Assembly: GCA_035550475.1 (NCBI GenBank)
Contig: DASZPB010000073.1
Location: forward strand, 76,224-140,223
From: Bryobacteraceae bacterium
GTDB lineage: Bacteria > Acidobacteriota > Terriglobia > Bryobacterales > Bryobacteraceae
Reading direction: 5' to 3'
Length of the DNA stretch: 64,000 bases
Shown: piece by piece, positions 1-6,877 of the stretch
How the letters are laid out: each line of letters begins with the position of its first letter
How positions within the stretch are numbered: position 1 is the stretch's first letter
The notes under the pieces: generated by a model
What the model was told of the DNA's origin: nothing
What the model saw: only the letters and a program-made list of their open reading frames with translations
The model's database searches: none
Translations under genes and position numbers: made by a program

Positions 1-344
1 GGCGCGACCGCACGCGAGCCCTGCAGACACTGGATACGTTGTCTCGCGAGGGAGAATACCTGCCGCTGGCGCTGGCATTCCTTTCGACGCAAATGCGCAT
101 GGCGCTGGCTGCCCGTGAGGCGGGACTCAAGAGCGCTTCGCAGGTTCAGGGACATTTTGCCCGGATGGGTGTGCCGATGTGGGGATCGCGCGCCGATCAG
201 ATCTACCAGACCATGTCAAAGTTCAGCAAGACCCAACTCGAACAAGGGCTGCGGTTGATCTTCGACGCGGATAAAGGATTGCGTAGTGCCCGGCCGGACG
301 ACCGGATCATCATGGAACAGTTTGTGCTGCGACTGACCGCGTGA
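1..344 (+). CDS. holA: DNA polymerase III delta subunit, C-terminal fragment (5' end outside window)
   Basis: The reading frame is open from the window edge to the stop at 344. The tail ...QLEQGLRLIFDADKGLRSARPDDRIIMEQFVLRLTA resembles the C-terminal helical domain of Pol III delta. holA followed by a convergent rpsT is a common arrangement. Family call from memory. Confidence 0.55.
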   Translation, partial: RDRTRALQTLDTLSREGEYLPLALAFLSTQMRMALAAREAGLKSASQVQGHFARMGVPMWGSRADQIYQTMSKFSKTQLEQGLRLIFDADKGLRSARPDDRIIMEQFVLRLTA

Positions 345-355
345 ATGCGCCGGCC

Positions 356-622
356 TTAGCCGGCGAGGGCTTTGACGCGCAGATGCAGCCGCGATTTATA
401 GCGCGCGGCCGTATTCTTCTTAACGATGCCTCGCTGCACCGAGCGGTCAATCAAAGAAAACGTTTGCGGAAGCAGAGCTGCGGCAGCCTTGGCGTCTTTG
501 CCGGTAATGGCACGCCGCATGGCGCGGATCTGGTGACGCAGGCGGGTCTTGTTCTTCCGGTTGACTTCTGTGCGCCGTTCGGTCTGACGCCCCCGCTTCA
601 GTGCGGAATAAGTATTAGCCAT
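356..622 (-). CDS. rpsT: 30S ribosomal protein S20
   Basis: 88-aa very basic [36 protein letters not shown]... Size, N-terminal A-N-x-x-S-A-x-KR pattern and composition are typical of bacterial S20. Confidence 0.95.
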   Translation of the reverse strand: MANTYSALKRGRQTERRTEVNRKNKTRLRHQIRAMRRAITGKDAKAAAALLPQTFSLIDRSVQRGIVKKNTAARYKSRLHLRVKALAG

Positions 623-1228
623 CTGTGCTTAAGTGTAATCCTTACAAAAGTATCGAGTATCCAGGATACCGCAATCGAGCGGCCCCGGGCAACCGAAGCG
701 GGCGCTACGGCTAGGGCATTCGGCCTGAAAGGCTGCGAATATGCCGTGGACGGGAGTTGGGGGGCTTACACCGGATTGTCATGCCCATGACGAATCTTTA
801 AAATGCTGCTGCCGTCATGTGGATGGGCGATGGCGGGCTCCCATCCAATGAGGTGCGAGCAACGACCCCGGATAGAGCGATGGTAGGAGCCTGCTTCGAG
901 CAGACCCGCCCCGGTTTGGTAAGGGTGAAGAAGCCGCGCCGCTTCGTTGCAGGCGAGCGCGTTTCCTGTGTCCTCCGGGAGGTCCATCCCTGAGAAGCAG
1001 AATTCTCTAAGCGTATTTAACTCGACAAGCGAAGGCTGATCTCATCGTTGTCAGGAAGGCGGTCATGATCATGCTGGGGAAGATGCTGGGCAAGAACACT
1101 CCTGGCGCACGCATCAGACCGATTGACCAGCGTCAGAGCTTTCGATTGTCGTAGCGATGCACTCGCGCGGCTCAGCCGCCTCGACTGCTGGTTCACACCG
1201 GAACCAATCACGATCGGAGGTATGCGTG

Positions 1229-2494
1229 ATGCAGAAATTTGACGATATCTACACCGAATCGAACGGTACGGCCACGTTCACGCTGGGGCTGAACGGAAAG
1301 AACGGCAAGTTGTTCCTCGAAAACGCAGCGGCTGCACAAAGCATGCTGTTCGACGGGGACACGAACACGATTACCCTGGGAGGTGACAAGGCGGGAAGTG
1401 GAACTCTCAGTCTCAACAATGGTTCCGGAAAGGACGGCGTAGTCATCCGGGCCACAACTCCCGTGGCCTTCAACCCGGCGAGTACTCCCGTGATGCGCGG
1501 GCTCACCGCAACTCCGGAGATCCCCAAAACGGGTGGCTATCTCAGCCTCCGGACAAGCGAGGGCAAGGAGAATATTCTCCTGGATGGATCGATTGGCAGT
1601 GTGACCATTGGGGGCGGTGGAGAAGACGGCGCTTTAAAGATCCTCACGGCGAGCGGCGCTGCGGCCATCGCACTAACCGGTAGCAGTTCGACGATTACCG
1701 TGGGTGTCAAAGGCGCCGGCGGCGACGTCCACCTGCAAAGCGAAGACGGACAGGAGACGCTGGTTCTGCGCGGTTCCGCCGGAATAGCGGCTGTGGGCGG
1801 CGGCGGCAAGGACGGCGTGCTCATCGTCAAGGGCGCGGGCGATAAGGAGACAGTGATCCTCAAGGGAGCGACCGGGTCGCTGATACTCGGCGGCGCGGGC
1901 GGGCACGATGGCGACATCACCATCAAGACCGCAGCCGGCAACAACACCATTACGCTCGATGGATCGGACGCCCTGCTCACACTGGGCGGAGTGGGAGCGA
2001 ACGGCGACATCATCATCAAGAACGACAATGATATTGAGACCATCAAAATCACCGGCGCGGATGGCGACATCACGTTCCTGAATGCCGACGTGGCGGAAGA
2101 GTTCGACGTTCCCGCCGGGCTGCTGGACGATGTGGCGCCCGGAGTCGTTGTGGTGCTCGATGAAGAGGGCAGAATCGTTCCGTGCGAGCGCGCCTACGAT
2201 GGCAGAGTGGCGGGCATCGTCGCCGGGGCAGGCTCGTATCGCCCGGGCATTGTGCTCGATCGCAGCGGGGCGATGAACCGCCGTCCGGTGGCGCTCGCCG
2301 GGAAAGTCTACTGCTGGGTGGACGCCGGCGCTCACTCCGTACGCGCGGGCGACCTGCTCACTACCAGTTCCAATCGGGGGCACGCCATGGCGGCCACCGA
2401 CCGCGCCCGAGCTTTCGGGAGTGTCATCGGCAAAGCACTGCGTCCTTTGACCTCCGGCTGCGCGTTGATTCCTGTATTGGTAACCCCGCGTTAG
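1229..2494 (+). CDS. Gly/Asp-rich beta-solenoid repeat protein with C-terminal phage tail-fibre-type intramolecular chaperone/autocleavage (peptidase G2-like) domain
   Basis: ORF 1157-2494 trimmed to ATG 1229 (GGAGG at 1216-1220, 8-nt spacer). It has about eight ~31-aa repeats, e.g. TIGGGGEDGALKI, AVGGGGKDGVLIV, ILGGAGGHDGDITIK, TLGGVGANGDIIIK and ITGADGDITF, alternating with x-h-x-LDG/LKG strands. The junction NADVAEEFDV follows (D at 2087-2089, E at 2096-2098). The ~135-aa C-terminal domain (GRVAGIVAGAG...RRPVALAGKVYCWVDA...GDLLTTS) matches my memory of the ADYAEYF-type junction of phi29 gp12-like IMC domains. No signal peptide or TM segment. Confidence 0.6.
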   Translation: MQKFDDIYTESNGTATFTLGLNGKNGKLFLENAAAAQSMLFDGDTNTITLGGDKAGSGTLSLNNGSGKDGVVIRATTPVAFNPASTPVMRGLTATPEIPKTGGYLSLRTSEGKENILLDGSIGSVTIGGGGEDGALKILTASGAAAIALTGSSSTITVGVKGAGGDVHLQSEDGQETLVLRGSAGIAAVGGGGKDGVLIVKGAGDKETVILKGATGSLILGGAGGHDGDITIKTAAGNNTITLDGSDALLTLGGVGANGDIIIKNDNDIETIKITGADGDITFLNADVAEEFDVPAGLLDDVAPGVVVVLDEEGRIVPCERAYDGRVAGIVAGAGSYRPGIVLDRSGAMNRRPVALAGKVYCWVDAGAHSVRAGDLLTTSSNRGHAMAATDRARAFGSVIGKALRPLTSGCALIPVLVTPR

Positions 2495-2503
2495 GAGCGA
2501 GCT

Positions 2504-4258
2504 ATGCCGATCAGCGTCAAGAAAGATATCAAACCGCACTTCGGATTCGGCGACAACTTCGCGCTCGGTGACACTCCGGTTTTCATACCACTCGATAAGC
2601 CGCCCGTTCGATACCGCGATGCCGGCGGCTCTTACTTGGGCTATATGAAGCCGGTGATTGCCCAGTACCATTGGGACCAGTTCTACCGGTCGTGGGGCGT
2701 GGGGCATATACAGAGGGATGCGGCCAAGGCCGTTTCCCGGAAGTTTGATCTCCCTTCCGGCCTGGAGGCCGCTTTCGACGAACTATGGGACTTCGTCAAG
2801 CAGGCCCGGAAGTTCGAATGCGATAAAAAGTCCGACGGCACCATCAGCGGAGACCTGAAGACGGCGTACCACCTTGCGGCCCAATTGGCGAAAGGCGATT
2901 CCACTGTTAAGGACAAGACATTCGGACGCGCGGTCCAGAGAACGGACACAAAGTTTGTCATCTTCTCTGACTTCCACATGACTGCATTCGATTCTACTTT
3001 GCCGAACTATTACTTCGATGTCTTCCACAACGACCAGTTATACCTCCAGGTGCTGGATTACTATCTCAATACGGAGGATGGCTTCTGTCTGGTGGAAAAC
3101 GGCGACGTAGAAGACTGTCTGCTGTACGTGCCCAGTCTCAGCGAGGCACAATCCCGGCGAGCTGCCGCGCCTCCAAAAGGCGGCGATCCGGAACAGAACC
3201 CCATCGATTATCCCGTCATGAACGGTGCGGATTGGGACGACTTCCTGCAGCGGCGGTACCTCAAACGCCTGGATAGCCAGAACAACATCTTCAATCGCTT
3301 TCCCGAGTACTACAGAACAGTCAAGAAGTTCATGGATAAAAAGAAGTACATTCGGCTGGCAGGCAATCACGACAGCTATCTGGATGAGGACCATGAACGC
3401 GACTTACGCGACAATCTAAAGAAGCTCCATGGAATCGACGTGTTCGATGCGCTGCAAATCAAGCCGGGAGGTGGGGCCATCAAGTATCTCGTCTTACACG
3501 GACACCAGTTCGATGGCGCATGTATGCAACATGGTCAGATTCCGTTTGCGAAGAGCTGCGGTGAGATCTACACCGAATGTCTGTCCTGGGCCAATCAGGG
3601 CGCGGACCGCGTTTGGACGGAATCCGACACAAAGCTCTGGTACAATCACGGTTCGTTTGCCAATTTACTGGCGACGGAAAAACCGTCAAATTACGTCAAC
3701 AAGAGTCACTGTCACGATGTAGTTCCTTCCGGAGCGTTCGACCTGATCTTCGATTCGGTAGAAGATGTCAAGAAAGATAGCCGCTCTTTTATAGAGACTC
3801 TGTTGGGCGCGCAGATCGGATGGGAATACTTCGAGAACTGTCAGGGCGAAAGCGCCGATGGCGGTAAGACGGACGGTTTCAACGCGTTCACTCTTGAGGT
3901 ATGGACCGGCGAGGAAATGTACAAACTGAAGCACATGAATGAAGTGGACCTGTGCGACGGATACGCCGGCGAGTTTGACGAAGGCTCCGAAATTCCAACA
4001 CTGATCGTGGGACACACGCACGAGCCGCGCCACGAAGCGATGTATAAGGATTCCAAGTCAGGACAGCTCCAGTCGCGCAAATTCTATATGAACTCGGGAT
4101 CCGCGGGACGGTACGAGAATCTGATTTGGGGCATCGAAATCGAGGGCGACAGCGCCAAGGTCATTTCCTATTCGAATATCAATGGAACTCTGACCAAGAT
4201 CGAATGGAAGCCGCAAGGCGCGCGGTTGGAACACGCGAACGTGATCCCGATCCGGTAG
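2504..4258 (+). CDS. Calcineurin-like metallophosphoesterase, atypically large (584 aa) with N-terminal extension and large insertions
   Basis: ATG 2504 lies 9 nt after the previous stop, with AGGAG at 2493-2497. All five phosphoesterase motifs are present in order: FVIFSDFHM (DxH), ENGDVED (GDxxD), LAGNHDS (GNHD), LHGHQFD (H) and VGHTHEP (GHxH). No signal peptide or TM. Confidence 0.8.
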   Translation: MPISVKKDIKPHFGFGDNFALGDTPVFIPLDKPPVRYRDAGGSYLGYMKPVIAQYHWDQFYRSWGVGHIQRDAAKAVSRKFDLPSGLEAAFDELWDFVKQARKFECDKKSDGTISGDLKTAYHLAAQLAKGDSTVKDKTFGRAVQRTDTKFVIFSDFHMTAFDSTLPNYYFDVFHNDQLYLQVLDYYLNTEDGFCLVENGDVEDCLLYVPSLSEAQSRRAAAPPKGGDPEQNPIDYPVMNGADWDDFLQRRYLKRLDSQNNIFNRFPEYYRTVKKFMDKKKYIRLAGNHDSYLDEDHERDLRDNLKKLHGIDVFDALQIKPGGGAIKYLVLHGHQFDGACMQHGQIPFAKSCGEIYTECLSWANQGADRVWTESDTKLWYNHGSFANLLATEKPSNYVNKSHCHDVVPSGAFDLIFDSVEDVKKDSRSFIETLLGAQIGWEYFENCQGESADGGKTDGFNAFTLEVWTGEEMYKLKHMNEVDLCDGYAGEFDEGSEIPTLIVGHTHEPRHEAMYKDSKSGQLQSRKFYMNSGSAGRYENLIWGIEIEGDSAKVISYSNINGTLTKIEWKPQGARLEHANVIPIR

Positions 4259-4341
4259 ACCGAACCGCATGGGTGAGAACTCGCGGTCCTCCACTAAGCC
4301 GAGTTTCCGTGACCGGGTAATAACTTTACATCGAAAAGTAC

Positions 4342-4370
4342 TTGATGCTGCACGCCAAAGCGAGTACAAT
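4342..4370 (+). promoter_or_regulatory. Sigma-70-like promoter (TTGATG-17 nt-TACAAT) placed so that transcription would start at or next to the ATG at 4377 (possible leaderless mRNA)
   Basis: TTGATG at 4342-4347, a 17-nt spacer and TACAAT at 4365-4370. Only 6 nt separate the -10 element from ATG 4377, and there is no Shine-Dalgarno in between. Pattern match only. Confidence 0.35.
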
Positions 4371-4376
4371 AGCGCT

Positions 4377-4991
4377 ATGGCGTCGATCCGCCCGATTCGC
4401 GCACCTGCGCCGCCACCGGTCGAGATGCAGGCTCATGCACTCGATCACTTGCAGTACATCCGCCGTACCATGGAGCGAGCCGGCGCGTTCACGGCCGTGC
4501 CTGGTCTGGGCGGCATCTTCATGGGATTCACAGCGTTAGCGGCCGCATGGATGGCCTCGCGGGAAGCCACCGCGGCGGCGCGCATGGGAGTGTGGCTATC
4601 GGCGGCGGCAGTGGCTTTGCTGGCCGGCATCGCCGCCGCCTCGCGGAAATCGCGCCGGGCCGGCGTTCCGCTGTTTTCAGGCCCCGGACGCAAGTTCGTG
4701 GCGGGTTTTGTTCCGCCTTTGCTGGCAGGCGCGGTACTCACGGTCGTGCTGTTTCGTGCCGAACTGGCGGCTTTCCTGCCGGGAGCGTGGCTTTTGCTCT
4801 ATGGCGCCGGCGTGGTTTCGGGCGGCGCGGCTTCGGTGCGCGTGGTGCCGCTGATGGGAATGTGCTTCATGCTGCTGGGCGCCGCGGCGCTGCTTTTCTC
4901 GCCCGGATGGAACGATTTGCTACTGGCGGCGGGGTTCGGCGGCTTGCACATCCTGTTTGGGATCGTTATTTCGGTGAAGTATGGCGGCTGA
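4377..4991 (+). CDS. Integral membrane protein, unknown function (about 5 hydrophobic segments)
   Basis: ORF 4269-4991 trimmed to ATG 4377 (MASIRPIRAP...). It has repeated long Ala/Leu/Gly-rich hydrophobic stretches and GC-rich third codon positions. No family recognised. Confidence 0.6.
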   Translation: MASIRPIRAPAPPPVEMQAHALDHLQYIRRTMERAGAFTAVPGLGGIFMGFTALAAAWMASREATAAARMGVWLSAAAVALLAGIAAASRKSRRAGVPLFSGPGRKFVAGFVPPLLAGAVLTVVLFRAELAAFLPGAWLLLYGAGVVSGGAASVRVVPLMGMCFMLLGAAALLFSPGWNDLLLAAGFGGLHILFGIVISVKYGG

Positions 4992-5033
4992 GGGCGGCAT
5001 TCCGGCCGAACCGGCGGAAAGGAAAATCTCAGA

Positions 5034-5399
5034 ATGAGTTCGAAAGCAAATACGGCCCGGCATCTCCGGGAAAAGAAGGCACAGCCGGCGGTGGTCCCCG
5101 GACAAACGTCGAAGCTTGATCGCCTGATCCATGAGCGGTTGCGGCTGGGAATCCTGAGCGCACTTTCGGTCAATGAATCGCTCACTTTCAACGAATTGAA
5201 GAAGTTACTCGACACCACGGACGGCAACCTCAGTGTTCACGCGCGGAAACTGGAAGATGCGGGCTATATTTCCTGTGCGAAGTCGTTTGAAGGCCGCATG
5301 CCGCGCACGGACTACCGTTTGTCAGCCGCCGGGCGCCGCGCCCTTGAGCGCTATCTGGATCACATGGAAGCCCTTATTCAGGCCATGCGCGAAAAATAG
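5034..5399 (+). CDS. Winged-helix transcriptional regulator (ArsR/HTH_34-like)
   Basis: 121 aa. LDRLIHERLRLGILSALSVNESLTFNELKKLLDTTDGNLSVHARKLEDAGYISCAKSFEGRMPRTDYRLSAAGRRALERYLDHM is a typical wHTH with wing and C-terminal helix. It lies 42 nt downstream of the membrane protein gene. Confidence 0.75.
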   Translation: MSSKANTARHLREKKAQPAVVPGQTSKLDRLIHERLRLGILSALSVNESLTFNELKKLLDTTDGNLSVHARKLEDAGYISCAKSFEGRMPRTDYRLSAAGRRALERYLDHMEALIQAMREK

Positions 5400-5410
5400 G
5401 AAGTTTTTTT

Positions 5411-6139
5411 ATGCCTCAGCTCTTTATTTTACAAAGTACTTTTCATACGGCCCTGATCATGGATGGCAATGGCCGCTGGGCAGCGGCGCGCGGACTGCCC
5501 CGGATTGCCGGTCACCGCGCCGGAGCCCAAACCGCGCAGCGTGTGGTCGAGGCCGCGCCGGACCTGGGAATCAGTGTGCTGACCCTATTCACTTTTTCTT
5601 CCGACAACTGGCGGCGTCCTCCGGAAGAAATCCGGACGGTAATGTCACTTCTGGCGGAGTACCTGGAAAAAGAAGCGGCGCGCTGCCGCGAACACGGCGT
5701 CCGGCTGGAAGTGATCGGCCGCCGGGATCGACTGGACCCAGCGCTGCGGGCCGGCATTGCCCGCGCCGAGCAGCGAACAGCAAGCGGCAGCAGGCTCTGG
5801 CTACGGCTGGCCGTCGATTACTCGGGTCGGGACGCGATCCTCGCTGCCGCCGGCCGTGTGCTGGAGCTCTCGCGTGACTCGATCGGCGGCGTTTTGGGTC
5901 CCCCGGTGGACCTTTTGATCCGCACTGGAGGCGAGCGGCGTCTCAGCGATTTTTTGCTCTGGGAAAGCGCCTATGCCGAACTGGTCTTTTCGCAAAGGAT
6001 GTGGCCGGACTTCGGCGCGGAAGAGTTGGCCGGGGCTGTGCGCGAGTTCCGTTTGCGGGAGCGCCGTTTCGGCGGGGTGCCCGCGCCGCCGATCCATGGG
6101 CGGCACTCGGCGACTGGCGAGACGCCTTGGCTGGAATAG
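5411..6139 (+). CDS. uppS: Undecaprenyl diphosphate synthase (cis-isoprenyl transferase)
   Basis: HTALIMDGNGRWAAARGLPRIAGHRAG near the N-terminus and RTGGERRLSDFLLWESAYAELVFSQRMWPDF near the C-terminus are hallmark UppS motifs. Confidence 0.93.
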   Translation: MPQLFILQSTFHTALIMDGNGRWAAARGLPRIAGHRAGAQTAQRVVEAAPDLGISVLTLFTFSSDNWRRPPEEIRTVMSLLAEYLEKEAARCREHGVRLEVIGRRDRLDPALRAGIARAEQRTASGSRLWLRLAVDYSGRDAILAAAGRVLELSRDSIGGVLGPPVDLLIRTGGERRLSDFLLWESAYAELVFSQRMWPDFGAEELAGAVREFRLRERRFGGVPAPPIHGRHSATGETPWLE

Positions 6140-6151
6140 AAGCCGACGCCG

Positions 6152-6877
6152 CTAAGTACCGCGCTGGTTGCCATAAAGTTCCACGTGCAGACGCGGGCTG
6201 AAGCGGTATCCTTCCCGCTTGCAGATTTCGGCCAGCCAGACGGAGCGTTCGCGCAGCACTTCGCGGTCTACCCCTTCCGGCATCAGGATGACGTGCTCGG
6301 GCCCGGTATCGAGAACACTCAGCAGCTCGCGCACTTCCTCCAAATCGACCGGGTTTGCGATGACGAACTTGAGCTGGTATTCATAGGTATCCATCAACTC
6401 CCGTAGTTTCGCGGTCTGGATGCGCAGGCGATTGTGTTGAGTGGCCCAACTGCCCTCCGGTGTCGAGTTGGAAAGCTTGGGACTGATGCTCATCAGATCG
6501 CAGGAGACCGGCTGCACCATGGTGCCCGCGGTTTCGATGGTGATATGCAAACCCAATTCGCGCAAAGCTTCGGTCAGCGGCACGATTTCCGGTGCGATCA
6601 TTGGCTCCCCGCCGGTGATCACCGCGTGATGCGCGGGATAACTCTTCACCTGCTCCAGGATTTCACCGATGCTCAGGTCTGTGCCTTCCGGGTTCCAGGA
6701 TGTATAGGGGGTGTCGCACCAGGCGCAGCGAAGGTTGCAGCCGCTGGTTCGGATGAAGACGGAAGGCATTCCCACCAGCGAGCCCTCCCCCTGAATTGAA
6801 AAGAACAGCTCAGCGATCTTCAATGCCGGCCTCTTGGAAGCCTTTGCGGCGCAGCAGACAGGAATCGCATTGCCCAC
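6152..6877 (-). CDS. queE: 7-carboxy-7-deazaguanine synthase (radical SAM)
   Basis: [39 protein letters not shown] is the QueE N-terminal signature. The start is uncertain. The longest ORF overlaps queC by 68 nt, while an in-frame TTG at 6823 (LKIAELFF...) would give a 14-nt overlap and a more typical N-terminus. Confidence 0.88.
   Translation of the reverse strand: MGNAIPVCCAAKASKRPALKIAELFFSIQGEGSLVGMPSVFIRTSGCNLRCAWCDTPYTSWNPEGTDLSIGEILEQVKSYPAHHAVITGGEPMIAPEIVPLTEALRELGLHITIETAGTMVQPVSCDLMSISPKLSNSTPEGSWATQHNRLRIQTAKLRELMDTYEYQLKFVIANPVDLEEVRELLSVLDTGPEHVILMPEGVDREVLRERSVWLAEICKREGYRFSPRLHVELYGNQRGT

Noticed and set aside
918-930. GGTAAGGGTGAAG, identical to a conserved segment of bacterial RNase P RNA, with GGGCTCC about 80 nt upstream.
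   Set aside because: The obligatory P4 elements (GAGGAAAGTCCGG... and ...ACAGAACCCGGCTTA) and other universal RNase P motifs are absent on both strands. This is most likely a chance match.
989-1054. CCTGAGA followed downstream by GGCTGATCT...CAGGAAGG, vaguely like the TPP riboswitch core.
   Set aside because: The P4/P5 helix and the pyrimidine-sensor sequence do not form. The downstream gene has nothing to do with thiamine.
1065-1154. A 29-codon ORF (MIMLGKMLGKNTPGARIRPIDQRQSFRLS) with GGAAGG 5 nt upstream, ahead of the cassette.
   Set aside because: It is too short to evaluate and has no known family, so it could arise by chance. It is kept only as something Ribo-seq could test, for example as a possible leader peptide.
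766-1211. ORFs 766-987(-) and 1017-1211(-) in the rpsT-cassette gap.
   Set aside because: They have no Shine-Dalgarno, an odd composition (His/Gly/Arg-rich) and no recognisable motif. They were treated as non-coding and are covered by the intergenic-region finding.
1673-2707. Long antisense or alternate-frame ORFs. Examples are 1673-2707(-), 1537-2073(-), 28445-29977(-), 36671-37681(-), 39517-40584(+), 45725-46750(+), 50916-51965(-), 52558-53640(+), 53980-54697 and 58982-59899(-).
   Set aside because: Each lies opposite or out of frame to an ORF with clear family motifs. Their translations are Arg/Ala/Gly/Pro-rich with no recognisable domains. This is the usual stop-codon-poor artefact of GC-rich DNA.
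1229-5399. The idea that the tail-fibre-like gene marks a prophage or tailocin.
   Set aside because: No other phage structural, replication, lysis or integration genes are present, and there are no tRNA or att-like repeats anywhere in the window. A highly eroded remnant cannot be excluded without comparative data.
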